Made by a program: the position numbers and the translations under genes. A DNA stretch of 62,098 nucleotides. Origin: a virus (lineage: Duplodnaviria; Caudoviricetes). Positions 19,241 through 29,812 of this stretch are shown piece after piece. The stretch is from positions 1 to 62,098 of IMG/VR virus record IMGVR_UViG_3300046777_000588; one strand, given 5' to 3'. The notes beneath the pieces are model-generated. The model searched no databases, was not told the origin of the DNA, and saw nothing but the letters and a program-made list of their open reading frames with translations. Within the stretch, counting starts at the first letter, position 1. Every line of letters starts with the position of its first letter.

Positions 19241-22197
19241 TACTTTCGGATTCCAGTTCAGCACGAGTTGGAGCCAGTGTGGTAAGTGCGGCATTGTCGA
19301 TTGTTGGAGCGATCAGGAATTTTTTTGTTTACACGGATTTTTTATTTAGTTCGGCGTTGTCCGGGGCTGTGGACTTGATAAAGGTGGGTGTGGGAACACT
19401 TACTTTGTCTGGAAATAATACTTACTCGGGGACGACAAAGATAAATACAGGAGTTCTTTCGATTGCGGACATAGCTTCCCTACCCGGTTGGAATGCTAAC
19501 GGAAGATATTCTGTAGAGTCAGGCGCAACGCTTGCGGTCTATAACGCAGTAACCGATGCGAATGTTGTCACGATTCTAGGAACGACTAACTTTAACGCAG
19601 GATCGGCTATAGGTTTCGATACGACATCAGGCAATAGGACATACTCGAATGTCATAGCAAACACTGCCAAAGGGGCTTTGGGGCTAACCAAGCTAGGGGC
19701 TAATACGCTGACGATCTCTGGCGCGAATACATATACCGGACCAACGCTTGTTATCGCTGGGACTCTCGCTACATCTACAGCTAACAGAATCCCTGATGCG
19801 TCTGCCGTTACGATCTTGTCTGGCGCGACAATTACTCTCGGAGGTGCGGACACCTTTGCCACTCTTGCGGGTTCAGGGACATTAACCTGTGGTGCAAACT
19901 CATTAACACTTAACTCTGCAAACTCTGCGACATTCAGCGGAACATTAACCAATACAGCAGGAACATTCTTTAAGTTAGGGTCAGGAACGCAAACGCTCTC
20001 TGGATCAACAACTGTTGCCACACAGGTTCGACTTGATGGTGGGGGAATTATATCCAGCGGGACATTTACTCAAACGGCAGTGGCTGGCGCGCGTAACTTC
20101 CAAATAGCTCTTAATGGAGGGACAACAGCCGCGCTAACTGTATCTAGCGGAACTATGACTGTTACTGGGTTATTCTTTGGAGAGAATAACGGCGGATCAG
20201 GGACAGTTAATTGCAATGCTGGAACGCTTCAGGTTAATGGCGAGACATGGATGACTGGTCTTGCCAGCATACTTAATGTTAATGGCGGAACATTTAATGG
20301 ATCAGCTTATGATATTGGTGGTGGTAGTGGAACTACGACAAGTATTGTAAACATAATATCTGGGACATTTGCATTAACTGGGAACCTTCGCTGGGGTATC
20401 GGCGGCGTGTCTGCAACATCTGTAATAAACCTAGATGGTGGAATATTTCGTTGCAATAACTGGTTTAGAAATGGCGGGACGAATACATTCAACTTTAACG
20501 GTGGAACATTTACTACAAACGCTAATAATTTAACGATAACTCAGCCGCTTATATCCTGCTTGATTAAAAGTGGTGGAGCTATATTTGGAAATGCTGTTAC
20601 GCTTATCTTCGATACTGTTCTAGCAAATGCACCTAGCGTTTCAGGGAATCTCGTAATGAATGGAACTGGAACACTGATTCTTCGTCAGGCCAATACATTC
20701 TCTGGAACGATTACAATCAATGCTGGCATACTTCAATTTGGGAATGGTTCTACAACTGGATCGGCTGGCTCAAGCAGTGGAATAACCAACAACGCAACAC
20801 TTACATTTAACCGCACTAATACAATAACGCAGGGAACAGACTTCCCTGTTATTAGCGGAAGCGGAATTCTTATTCAGTCTGGCAGCGGAACCACTATACT
20901 CGGTCTATCAAATAGTTATACAGGAGAAACTAGGATCAACGCTGGAACTTTGAGATTAGGCAACGCTAATGGATTTGGTTCTGGGAGCATTCGATTTAAC
21001 GGTGGAACGATGCAGTATGGAAGTGGCATTACAACAGATGTCTCATCTAGAATTGTAAATAATTCTTCCGCGATTCGCATAGATACAAATGGGCAGAATG
21101 TTGATTTCACATCTCTTGGATCAACCAATACTGGAGGACTGGTTAAAACCGGAACTGGGATATTAACAATGTCTGGTTCTGGTAATACTTATACTGGTGT
21201 CAATACAATTAGCGTAGGGGAAATGACATTCTCTGGAACCTATACTGCAACAAATGATGTCAAAATCAATGGTTCAGCTAATCCAATATTAAATATCAGC
21301 GGTAATTTTACACAGACATTTACTGGAAGCGGTGTGCGTAGCTTTCAACTCGCAGGCAGTGCAGGAAATACAGGAACCGTAAATGTAAGTGGATCAGCAG
21401 TTGTTACACTTAATGGCGGAATGATGCTTGGTGATAACGGCGGTGGCAACGGAACATTCAATCAAACTGGCGGGACGGTTAGCACTAGCACTAGTGGAAC
21501 TTGGTTGGCTGGCGCTGTCTGCTTGTTGAATGTATCAGGGGGAACTTTCACAACACCCGGCATTGAGTGCGGTGGTGGAACTGGCGCTGGGACTTTAACC
21601 GTTTCTGGAACAGGAACAATCAATACGGGTAGCCTTTTTCTAAATCGCGGAAGCGGGGCTGGTGTATCTGCTGTATTGAATGTAAATGGAGGAACGCTGA
21701 CAACTACTGGCATAACGCATGTTACTACCGCTAGACCAGCGACTATAAATTTCAACGGTGGAGCATTCACAAGTCTTAATGCAATGACGATACCATCAAC
21801 AGTATCGTGTATTGTTAAGTCTGGCGGAGCCGTTTTCAATGTGGCAGGCGCATTAACAATCAATAGCGCACTGACCGATGGCATAGGTGGCGGCGGGCTA
21901 ACGAAACAAGGCTCTGGCACGCTGGTTCTTAATGGGGCAAATACTTTCACTGGGGCGACAGCTATTTCGGCAGGATTGATCCGAGTCGCCAAAGCAGTTG
22001 GCGGCATCACGGGAACGGCCACTTACTCGCCGACTTCTTTGACCGTTGATTTTGCAAATGTGACCCCTACGAGCGGCGCGGCTTACCGATTCTTTCCCGG
22101 CTCAACAGCAACCACCGGATTGACAATCTCCCTCACTAACGCAGGGGGTAAGACGGCTACTTACGATTACTCAAACTCAACTCTCACCATCGTATGA
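19237..22197 (+). CDS. Adhesin/fibre with autotransporter-associated beta-strand repeats
   Basis: About seven K.G.GTL.LSG.NTY.G.T.I..G repeats; no beta-barrel or signal peptide seen. Confidence 0.85.
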   Translation: MILSDSSSARVGASVVSAALSIVGAIRNFFVYTDFLFSSALSGAVDLIKVGVGTLTLSGNNTYSGTTKINTGVLSIADIASLPGWNANGRYSVESGATLAVYNAVTDANVVTILGTTNFNAGSAIGFDTTSGNRTYSNVIANTAKGALGLTKLGANTLTISGANTYTGPTLVIAGTLATSTANRIPDASAVTILSGATITLGGADTFATLAGSGTLTCGANSLTLNSANSATFSGTLTNTAGTFFKLGSGTQTLSGSTTVATQVRLDGGGIISSGTFTQTAVAGARNFQIALNGGTTAALTVSSGTMTVTGLFFGENNGGSGTVNCNAGTLQVNGETWMTGLASILNVNGGTFNGSAYDIGGGSGTTTSIVNIISGTFALTGNLRWGIGGVSATSVINLDGGIFRCNNWFRNGGTNTFNFNGGTFTTNANNLTITQPLISCLIKSGGAIFGNAVTLIFDTVLANAPSVSGNLVMNGTGTLILRQANTFSGTITINAGILQFGNGSTTGSAGSSSGITNNATLTFNRTNTITQGTDFPVISGSGILIQSGSGTTILGLSNSYTGETRINAGTLRLGNANGFGSGSIRFNGGTMQYGSGITTDVSSRIVNNSSAIRIDTNGQNVDFTSLGSTNTGGLVKTGTGILTMSGSGNTYTGVNTISVGEMTFSGTYTATNDVKINGSANPILNISGNFTQTFTGSGVRSFQLAGSAGNTGTVNVSGSAVVTLNGGMMLGDNGGGNGTFNQTGGTVSTSTSGTWLAGAVCLLNVSGGTFTTPGIECGGGTGAGTLTVSGTGTINTGSLFLNRGSGAGVSAVLNVNGGTLTTTGITHVTTARPATINFNGGAFTSLNAMTIPSTVSCIVKSGGAVFNVAGALTINSALTDGIGGGGLTKQGSGTLVLNGANTFTGATAISAGLIRVAKAVGGITGTATYSPTSLTVDFANVTPTSGAAYRFFPGSTATTGLTISLTNAGGKTATYDYSNSTLTIV

Positions 22198-22454
22198 TTA
22201 TCAACCCCAACTGGACTGTTAGTGACCAAGGCCCTTGGCAACTGATTTACAACAATCAGCAGATTATTTATTTGCACGAAGCGCAAGGAACTACTTCAAC
22301 TCAGGGCAATTTGTTTGTCGGAACAAAAGAGGAGTGTGAGGCTGAGATCACTCGCCTCGGACTGCCATTCCCGCAAGTCGAAGACCCAGAGATCGAGCCA
22401 TTATCGACTTTCCAAACTCTCCCAAACCTTCAGCCACTTGAGATTGAATTATAG
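22194..22454 (+). CDS. Hypothetical protein, possible fibre chaperone
   Basis: ATGA-coupled to the adhesin gene. Confidence 0.6.
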   Translation: MIINPNWTVSDQGPWQLIYNNQQIIYLHEAQGTTSTQGNLFVGTKEECEAEITRLGLPFPQVEDPEIEPLSTFQTLPNLQPLEIEL

Positions 22455-22498
22455 GTGAATATTTGACAAATTTACAAAAAAAACACTAATAATAAATT

Positions 22499-24304
22499 AT
22501 GGCACTCACATTTAATCCATTTACTAGTAAACTTGACTTTACTGGAAGTCAAGCCAGCGCAGCAATTGGTGCGACTGGTGCTACAGGGCCTGCTGGCGGT
22601 CCAACGGGAGCAACTGGAGCAACTGGCGATGCTGGGGCTACTGGAGTAGGTGCTACTGGCGCGACTGGGTTGGTTGGTGCTACAGGGATTCAAGGATCAA
22701 CAGGGTTGACTGGAGCTACAGGGATTGGGGCTACTGGTTCTACTGGACTGACTGGCGATACTGGGTCAACAGGCGCAACAGGAGCAAGCGGAGCTACTGG
22801 CATTGCTGGAAATGATGGGGCTACAGGAGCTACTGGTATTGCTGGAAATGATGGGGCTACGGGATCAACTGGAGCCACGGGTGCTACTGGTTCTTTTGGA
22901 GCGACAGGGGCAACTGGTGTTGCTGGAACTAATGGCTCTACTGGAGCCACAGGTGCTACTGGATTATCTGGAAGCACAGGAGCAACTGGAATCGGTTCTA
23001 CTGGAGCTACTGGAAGCGTTGGTTCTACAGGTGCAACAGGCGTTGGAGCAACAGGAGCAACTGGCCCTACTGGTGCTGGTGGTGCTTCTGGATACTACGG
23101 ATCGTATTTCAGCAATGTAGACCAAGTTGCCGCATTGCCTAGCACGGCCTACGCGATGACTGTAAACAATATCGTTGGTGAAAATGGTGTATCAGTTGTT
23201 AGCGGTTCTCAAATTACTTTTACAAGCACGGGAACTTACGACATCCAGTTCTCTGCTCAATTTCATAACAATGGCGGTGGAGGCTCTGGCAATACAGTCC
23301 AAATCTGGTTCCGTAAAAATGGAACAGATATTCCAGAATCTGCTACTAGAATTTCAGTCCCAACAAACAATCCTTATGTCGTAGCGGCATGGGACTTCAT
23401 GGATAATTTTACTGCTGGAGATAACTTCCAGATTATGTGGTCAACTGATAATACAAATATCAGTATTGACCACAATACAGCAGTTGCTCCTGCTCCCGCA
23501 ATTCCATCAGTAATCATCACAGTAATGCAGGTGATGTATAATCAGCTTGGTCCTCAAGGAGCTACTGGGTTGACTGGAGTTAGGGGGGCGACAGGGGCAA
23601 CTGGTCCTGATGGAGCGACTGGAGCGACTGGGGCATCTTATCTTGCCTATGCCTTTGAAGCAATGGATCATTTCAATGGCTCATCATCCCCATTGCAATT
23701 AACTGGTGCTGGTGTTGCTGGAGGATCGGCAGCATATGTTAATCCAACAACATACAATGGATTTGGAATTTTTAGAATAGAAACTCAAAATAGCACAACC
23801 GCAAATAGCGGAGCCAGAATAAATCAAACTGGAAATACTATTTCATTTTCTCCAAAAGGAATTGGAGAGTTCCGTCATATTAGCAGAGCAATGCGAATTT
23901 CTGCTGATATGTTTGATGGAACAATACAAGGAACATTTAGGACGGGAATTGGAGATGTCATAAATGCGCTGCCAAACAATGGAATTTATTTTCAATGTAT
24001 AAATAGCAATTCTGTTTCATTTGTTACAAGAAGCGCAGGAGTTGAAACGCTCACAAACACAGGATTCTCAATTCTGCAAGACGCATGGAATAGCTTTGAA
24101 TTTATTCTTGCAACAGATGGATTGAGTGTTGTCGCAAAAATAAACAACAATATTGTCGCAACACATACCACAAATATTCCAAATGCCTACATGGGTGTTA
24201 TCACATTCTTGCAAAAACAGGTTGCCGTTGCTGGATATGTTCGTTTTGATTTAGATTTCATATATCAAAAATTTACTCCTTCACCAATACCATTTAATCC
24301 ATGA
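22499..24304 (+). CDS. Collagen-like fibre protein
   Basis: Long Gly-X-Y (GAT) tracts, N-terminal FNPFTSKLD, internal BclA/C1q-like beta domain, C-terminal lectin-like domain. Confidence 0.85.
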   Translation: MALTFNPFTSKLDFTGSQASAAIGATGATGPAGGPTGATGATGDAGATGVGATGATGLVGATGIQGSTGLTGATGIGATGSTGLTGDTGSTGATGASGATGIAGNDGATGATGIAGNDGATGSTGATGATGSFGATGATGVAGTNGSTGATGATGLSGSTGATGIGSTGATGSVGSTGATGVGATGATGPTGAGGASGYYGSYFSNVDQVAALPSTAYAMTVNNIVGENGVSVVSGSQITFTSTGTYDIQFSAQFHNNGGGGSGNTVQIWFRKNGTDIPESATRISVPTNNPYVVAAWDFMDNFTAGDNFQIMWSTDNTNISIDHNTAVAPAPAIPSVIITVMQVMYNQLGPQGATGLTGVRGATGATGPDGATGATGASYLAYAFEAMDHFNGSSSPLQLTGAGVAGGSAAYVNPTTYNGFGIFRIETQNSTTANSGARINQTGNTISFSPKGIGEFRHISRAMRISADMFDGTIQGTFRTGIGDVINALPNNGIYFQCINSNSVSFVTRSAGVETLTNTGFSILQDAWNSFEFILATDGLSVVAKINNNIVATHTTNIPNAYMGVITFLQKQVAVAGYVRFDLDFIYQKFTPSPIPFNP

Positions 24305-24468
24305 TAACTGTTTACAAAATTATTTTAGATAATGGATATATTGAGTTTTTGAATATGGATGAAGCAATTCAGTATAGAGATAAAAACCATAAAAATTCAG
24401 AAATAGAAACCATCCAAAGAGAAAATGTAATCAACCCAATCGAAGTAGAATATAATGAACTCAGATAG
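24301..24468 (+). CDS. Small hypothetical protein
   Basis: 55-aa ORF translated by hand, ATGA-coupled to the collagen gene. Confidence 0.5.
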   Translation: MITVYKIILDNGYIEFLNMDEAIQYRDKNHKNSEIETIQRENVINPIEVEYNELR

Positions 24469-24649
24469 CGGATTTTCACATGGAACGGGGTATGCTGGCA
24501 CGATCTATAGCGTGCTTGCTGTTGCAGTATCTATGCTCCCAGAACTTGACATTTGGTTCCGTATCCTAGCCTCTCTGAGTGCGATTGCTGCCGCATGGGT
24601 GTCTATCTACATAATGTTGGCAAAATTCAAAAAAGATAAAGACAAGTGA
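24455..24649 (+). CDS. Small membrane protein (holin/antiholin-like)
   Basis: Two hydrophobic segments, basic C-terminus, lysis cluster. Confidence 0.6.
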   Translation: MNSDSGFSHGTGYAGTIYSVLAVAVSMLPELDIWFRILASLSAIAAAWVSIYIMLAKFKKDKDK

Positions 24650-24876
24650 AGTCTCTTGGAATAATTCTGCTTGCGTTTGCGCTTAATTCATGCGTCAATA
24701 TTCCAATACCTCCAGTAGGACAGAATCAAGGTAAGCTTGGTTCAGTTCAATTAAAGCTGGCAGTATCCTACATTCCATACATCGACCCAGATAAACCAAA
24801 AGAAGATAAACCAGCAGAAGACCCAAGTGTGATGTATGCTTGGGAACACTTCTCAAAAACAATAAAAGACAAATAA
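24646..24876 (+). CDS. Lipoprotein (spanin-like candidate)
   Basis: Signal peptide with LNSC lipobox. Confidence 0.55.
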   Translation: MKSLGIILLAFALNSCVNIPIPPVGQNQGKLGSVQLKLAVSYIPYIDPDKPKEDKPAEDPSVMYAWEHFSKTIKDK

Positions 24877-24877
24877 T

Positions 24878-25054
24878 ATGAAAATCGTAAATGTTCTGAT
24901 TGAGAAATTGAGTGAAAATAGCACATGGCGTGGGCTAATCTTGGTGGCGACTGCTCTTGGCGTTAAACTTGATCCCGCAATGCAAGAGGGAATTTTGGCG
25001 GCTGGATTGAGCCTCGTTGGACTCATCAATATCATCCGCAAAGATAAAAAATAA
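24878..25054 (+). CDS. Putative holin
   Basis: 58 aa translated by hand (LSENSTWRGL...), two TM segments, directly before the endolysin. Confidence 0.7.
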   Translation: MKIVNVLIEKLSENSTWRGLILVATALGVKLDPAMQEGILAAGLSLVGLINIIRKDKK

Positions 25055-25579
25055 ATGTTAGAAAAACTAATTGCCATTGCGGAATCGCAAGTTGGCGTTA
25101 GAGAAATTGGCGGAAATAATCGCGGAGATAAAATCCGTGAATATCAAACCGCAACAGACCTTGCTCCGGGTGCTTGGCCTTGGTGTGCCGCTTTTACGGA
25201 TTGGTGCATCAAGGAATGGCTTGAAGACTCTCAAGTTGCTAAATGGCTCAATCTGAAAAACAGAACTCCAGAAGAGTGGCGACCAAAAACTGCGCTTGCT
25301 TATGGCTTAACTGCATGGGCAAAAAAGCGTCCAAATACTACTCGTGTTTTTTCTGAAAAAGACAGAGCGAAACTTGGAGATATTGTGACATTTGATTTCT
25401 CTCATGTTGGTTTTGTTGTCAGTGACAATGGAATCTGGATAGAAACACTAGAGGGAAATACGAATGGAAAAGGCGAGCGAGATTCAGAGTCTGGTGATGG
25501 CGTTTGGAGAAAAGTAAGAAAAAAAACTCTTGTAAAAGATTTAATTCGTATTAATCCAAGCGGCTCCATCAATAAATAA
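25055..25579 (+). CDS. CHAP-domain endolysin
   Basis: PWCAAF, SHVGFV, EGNT catalytic motifs. Confidence 0.88.
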   Translation: MLEKLIAIAESQVGVREIGGNNRGDKIREYQTATDLAPGAWPWCAAFTDWCIKEWLEDSQVAKWLNLKNRTPEEWRPKTALAYGLTAWAKKRPNTTRVFSEKDRAKLGDIVTFDFSHVGFVVSDNGIWIETLEGNTNGKGERDSESGDGVWRKVRKKTLVKDLIRINPSGSINK

Positions 25580-26344
25580 ATGGCAAACATAAATCATAAG
25601 TGGAAGCGGATACTAGCTGTGTCTTGCTCACATGCTCGTTATTGTGACCGCGAAGCATGGAAGGCAGTAATGTCTTTCAAAGAAAAATACAAACCAGATA
25701 CAATTCTTCATCTAGGAGACTTCATTGATATGTCTGCGCTGATGGCGAATGGTGCTGGTTCTGGAAGCGATGGAGATGAGGTAACTCCAGACATTGATAC
25801 TGGGTTAACTCATCTCCGCGAATTGATGGCTGGATGTAAAGACCCATACATACTTTGTGGAAATCACGAAGATAGAGCATGGAAGCTCACGAATAGCAAA
25901 AATGCTGTAACACAATATTGCGCTCACAAGATTGTTTGCGCGATTGAAGATACATCAAAAAAACTAAAAGCTCGTCTCATTCCATATTCTGGTATTGAAC
26001 AAATTGTTGATATTGCAGACATGGGTTTCACGCATGGAACTTGCTTTGGTGAATCAGCCGCTAGAGACATGGCGGAGCAGTATTGCGATAGGAATAGGCG
26101 CAAGATAATCATGGGGCATACCCATCGTGTAGCAATTCAGAATGCCAGAACATATCATGGTGGAACCTGCTACAATATCGGGACACTTACTGCTCGCGGC
26201 GCATTAGAATATGCTAAAAATCGCAGAAGCACATTCAGTTGGTGTCAAGGATGGTTGTGGGGCGAGTATTGCGAATCACTACACCAATCCTCGCTTCAAA
26301 TTACACAACGCGCAAAGGGAGATATATGGAGATTGCCCATATGA
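25580..26344 (+). CDS. Calcineurin-like metallophosphoesterase
   Basis: SCSH, LGDFID, GNHE, HG, GHTH motifs. Confidence 0.88.
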   Translation: MANINHKWKRILAVSCSHARYCDREAWKAVMSFKEKYKPDTILHLGDFIDMSALMANGAGSGSDGDEVTPDIDTGLTHLRELMAGCKDPYILCGNHEDRAWKLTNSKNAVTQYCAHKIVCAIEDTSKKLKARLIPYSGIEQIVDIADMGFTHGTCFGESAARDMAEQYCDRNRRKIIMGHTHRVAIQNARTYHGGTCYNIGTLTARGALEYAKNRRSTFSWCQGWLWGEYCESLHQSSLQITQRAKGDIWRLPI

Positions 26345-26652
26345 CACCAAATGATTTCCTAAAAATCATCCAGCAAGAATCTATGCCATTGGATGTAATT
26401 CCTGACGGCTGGTATTCCGCTATTGAATTAACAAAAATGTGGGGAGTGACTATAAGTAATGTCCAGAAGAAAATAAAAACTGGAAAAGAACTTGGATATG
26501 TTACAGAGAAGAAGTTCTTGATTAAAAGAGATCGTATAATGAGGATTCCTCACTACAAATTCCATGAAAAAGAAAATAATCAAAAAGACAATCAACGGAA
26601 AGTCATGGAAGATACGATTGGGTCACGCAGGAAAGACAAACGGAGTCGATAA
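26341..26652 (+). CDS. Hypothetical HTH-like protein
   Basis: ATGA-coupled; PDGWYSAIEL...helix pattern. Confidence 0.55.
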   Translation: MTPNDFLKIIQQESMPLDVIPDGWYSAIELTKMWGVTISNVQKKIKTGKELGYVTEKKFLIKRDRIMRIPHYKFHEKENNQKDNQRKVMEDTIGSRRKDKRSR

Positions 26653-26836
26653 CGATGGAATTTGTGACTATTCAAGTAGAACTATTTTCATCAATCCAAA
26701 ATGCGAAAGGTCAATGTTAAATGTTCTCTGCCATGAATTGCTTCATGCAAGGTTCCCTGATCTTGAGGAAGAAGCCGTCGAAGACATGGGGACGCTTTTG
26801 GCGGAAAGTTACGAAGAAATGGAACAGATTTCTTGA
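26564..26836 (+). CDS. Small zincin-like metallopeptidase
   Basis: G.CD...I.I...HELLHA (HExxH) followed by EE. Confidence 0.7.
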   Translation: MKKKIIKKTINGKSWKIRLGHAGKTNGVDNDGICDYSSRTIFINPKCERSMLNVLCHELLHARFPDLEEEAVEDMGTLLAESYEEMEQIS

Positions 26837-26880
26837 TATGTTTTGACAAAGTAATTTCAAACAATTAAATCAAAGAAATT

Positions 26881-27645
26881 ATGTCCTGCAATTGCAATAA
26901 TTCTACCTATGTCAGCACTTGCTGCCCCGACATTCCATATCCTACGATTTCCCCAGAATCGGTTCCATCGCTAATTTCCAATCTTGTAAACGCTCTTTAC
27001 GGAGAAATTACTAAATCAGTTGTGGATGGACGAGTAGTTTGGAATATTCCGTGTGATCCAAACAATACTGCCGAGATTGATGGGTTCCCAAGGTTGCCAG
27101 ACGAAGGATTGCTTTGCTACATCATTCGTTATTTTGATGTTCTTGCTCCATCTTTAATTAATGCTGTTACGATTAATGGAACTCAAACAATTACTGGTCA
27201 GAAAACATTTACTCTTCCAGTTCTTGGCGATGCGGTAAACAGCAGTCTTACTCAAACAATTGCAGGTCAAAAGACATTTACACTCCCAGTTCTTGGAGAT
27301 GCGGTAAATAACACTCTTGCTCAAACAATCACAGGGAATAAAACATTTAACTGGATTAAACTTCCTGTAGGAACAACTGGAACTCGTCCAACTGGCGAGA
27401 CTGGCCTTGTTCGTTTTAATACTGATCGCAATCAATTTGAGGGTTACAACAACACAGCTTGGACTGGCATTGGAGACCAGCCTGTTGGTGGCGGAACAAA
27501 TCGTCTTTTCTTTGAAAACGACCAAGTAATGACAACAAATTACACAATTACATCTGGCAAAAATGCAATGTCAGCAGGGCCAATCACAGTAAACCCCGGA
27601 GTTGTATTAACAGTTCCATCAGGAAGCACCTACACAATCGTATAA
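26881..27645 (+). CDS. Tail fibre/spike anchor protein
   Basis: Cys-rich N-terminus, 23-aa repeats, RFN..FEGY and NAMSAGPITV C-terminal modules. Confidence 0.7.
   Translation: MSCNCNNSTYVSTCCPDIPYPTISPESVPSLISNLVNALYGEITKSVVDGRVVWNIPCDPNNTAEIDGFPRLPDEGLLCYIIRYFDVLAPSLINAVTINGTQTITGQKTFTLPVLGDAVNSSLTQTIAGQKTFTLPVLGDAVNNTLAQTITGNKTFNWIKLPVGTTGTRPTGETGLVRFNTDRNQFEGYNNTAWTGIGDQPVGGGTNRLFFENDQVMTTNYTITSGKNAMSAGPITVNPGVVLTVPSGSTYTIV
27181..27350 (+). repeat. About 2.5 tandem copies of a 69-bp coding repeat
   Basis: (A/G)CTCAAACAAT units start at 27181, 27250 and 27319. Confidence 0.8.
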
Positions 27646-27649
27646 TATT

Positions 27650-29533
27650 ATGTCACTAATTCTCGACGGAACATCTGGACTATTTGGCAATGTAACTGGA
27701 GGAGACATCTCTGGTAATTTCATTGGATTGAACGGGAATGGTAGTTCGCTTACAGCAACCGCTACAGGCAGCACAACCGCTCGCTCGCTTGCGAATCGTT
27801 TTGCTGATGTGGTGAATGTATTGGATTTTGGAGCATTTAATGATGGCACAAATGCGGCAGCTACAACAACTGCAATTCAAAACGCCGTTGCTTTTGTTGC
27901 AACAAGCGGAAAACAAATATTTTTCCCTGCTGGAACATATAAAATATCATCTGTTATTTCTACTACTGGACACCTAAATATTTTAGGTGAAGGTGAAAAA
28001 ACTATATTAGATTTTAGTGGAATAGCATCTGGTTCTTCTGGAATTACTGTTACTGGATCAATTACACAAATACAAAATGTAACAAGCGCAAGCAAGGGAA
28101 GTTTAACAATTACATTTGCCAGCGCACCTTCATTAACAACTGGAGATGTATTCTGCTTGTTTGACAATGCTGTTTTATGGAATAGTGTAAGAGCATATTA
28201 CTATTCTGGTGAGTGGCTTGAATGCCGTGGGACAAGTGGTTCGAACGCTACAACAACAAATCCACTTTATGACAGCTACACTCCAGCAACAGTAAAAGCA
28301 TACAAATTATCAAGCCCAGAAGTTTCATTTAAAAACTTTAGGATTGTTGGTGGAGCAAACATCTTTGGGCTTATTCAAGTATCGTTTTGCGATAAGCCTA
28401 TATTTGAGAACATATCTGCCTACAACGAAAACTATCAATGTATTATTATTGATCGTTGCTACCGCGCAATGGTAACGAACTGCGTGATGTATAACAAAGG
28501 CACAGGAACTTTGGATGATTACGGATTGACTATTGGCAATAGTCAAAAAGTTCAAGTTACTGGAGGAGACTATTATGGTAGACGGCATGGAATAGCAATT
28601 GGTGGAGGAGATTATCCTTGTGCCGTTACCAATAGAAATATACGCATTTCAAATTCAACTATTAGCAATGATATTCTTTCTCAAGTATCTTCTGCTGATA
28701 TGCACGGGAATGTTGAAGATGTATATTATCAAGGTTGTCAAATTTATCAAGGTGCTGCTATTGCTGGTAAAAATACTGGTTATGACAATTGCACAATTGT
28801 GAATCAATATAATGGTATTGTTGTATATGCGTCTGAATTAAAAGGAGGAACTTTTTCAGTAAGAAATTGCACACTAATTACAGCTGCTGATTCTTCAGTA
28901 ATAAGCAGAAGCATAATTGATTTTGGTGGTAATGGTGGAGCAATTGAGAGTTCAACAAATGAAACTGTATCTATTATTATAAATAATTGTCATATTGAAG
29001 GAACTGGACAAAGTTCTGCAACAGATGTTTTGCGTATGGCAAACAACGGGTCTTCTGCTTATGTAAATATTTATATTAATGGATTAACAGCAAATGTAAA
29101 TGCTATGGGTGCAATTTTGAGAACTGGAGTTAATGTAGGCAGCGCACTTTCACAAGCTATTGTTGTAGATAATATTAGTAATTTCCCAAGCGGAGTTTAT
29201 TTACACCTTCCAATGGGTGGTGCATATAGCAATATTCCTCAACGCATGATGCGTCAGTCTGGATATTTAAATATGGCAGCATCAAGTGGAACAAAATTTA
29301 CAGTAGCATCACCAATTTCTTATAAATATTTTTATCCTAAAACTCCTCAAGCGTCTTTTTCTATTGGAGGAACAACAGGATTTTCAAATCCAGCAAGTGA
29401 AAATGTTGGAGTCACTGGCTACAGCGTTACAACTTCAGCTATTAGGCCAGCTTTAGTTTCGACCAGTAACGCAAACTGGACAGCAACATTTACCGCTACA
29501 GCAAATTGGATAGTTGGAATAGAAGAAGTTTAA
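27650..29533 (+). CDS. Tailspike 1 (pectate lyase-like beta-helix)
   Basis: RSLANRFADVVNVLDFGA...T.AIQ.A...FPAGTY motif and beta-helix composition. Confidence 0.85.
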   Translation: MSLILDGTSGLFGNVTGGDISGNFIGLNGNGSSLTATATGSTTARSLANRFADVVNVLDFGAFNDGTNAAATTTAIQNAVAFVATSGKQIFFPAGTYKISSVISTTGHLNILGEGEKTILDFSGIASGSSGITVTGSITQIQNVTSASKGSLTITFASAPSLTTGDVFCLFDNAVLWNSVRAYYYSGEWLECRGTSGSNATTTNPLYDSYTPATVKAYKLSSPEVSFKNFRIVGGANIFGLIQVSFCDKPIFENISAYNENYQCIIIDRCYRAMVTNCVMYNKGTGTLDDYGLTIGNSQKVQVTGGDYYGRRHGIAIGGGDYPCAVTNRNIRISNSTISNDILSQVSSADMHGNVEDVYYQGCQIYQGAAIAGKNTGYDNCTIVNQYNGIVVYASELKGGTFSVRNCTLITAADSSVISRSIIDFGGNGGAIESSTNETVSIIINNCHIEGTGQSSATDVLRMANNGSSAYVNIYINGLTANVNAMGAILRTGVNVGSALSQAIVVDNISNFPSGVYLHLPMGGAYSNIPQRMMRQSGYLNMAASSGTKFTVASPISYKYFYPKTPQASFSIGGTTGFSNPASENVGVTGYSVTTSAIRPALVSTSNANWTATFTATANWIVGIEEV

Positions 29534-29548
29534 CAAACAAACAAAACT

Positions 29549-29806
29549 ATGGCACTAAAATTAACAAAAACTACACCGCAAGGATTTATCGCAACTGATG
29601 CTTATCATCGTGTTGAGTATATTAGTTTACAAAATAAAAACTCTATTGTTTTTATGGTATCAAGTTACAAAGATGAATCAGAATCTCAAGCCTTTCGTTC
29701 TGAAAGGAATTTCTGCTCTTACGACCTAAACGGAGAAAACCCAATCAAGCAAGCCTACCTACATCTTAAAACCTTGCCAGAGTTTGCGGATGCGGTAGAC
29801 TGCTAA
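29549..29806 (+). CDS. Tailspike-associated small protein/chaperone, copy 1
   Basis: NPIKQAYLHLKTLPEFADAVDC; paralog of 31830. Confidence 0.75.
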   Translation: MALKLTKTTPQGFIATDAYHRVEYISLQNKNSIVFMVSSYKDESESQAFRSERNFCSYDLNGENPIKQAYLHLKTLPEFADAVDC

Positions 29807-29812
29807 TACACT

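Noticed and set aside
22560-23090. CRISPR array or DNA repeat element
   Set aside because: The repeats are degenerate 9-bp codon repeats encoding collagen Gly-X-Y, with no spacers.
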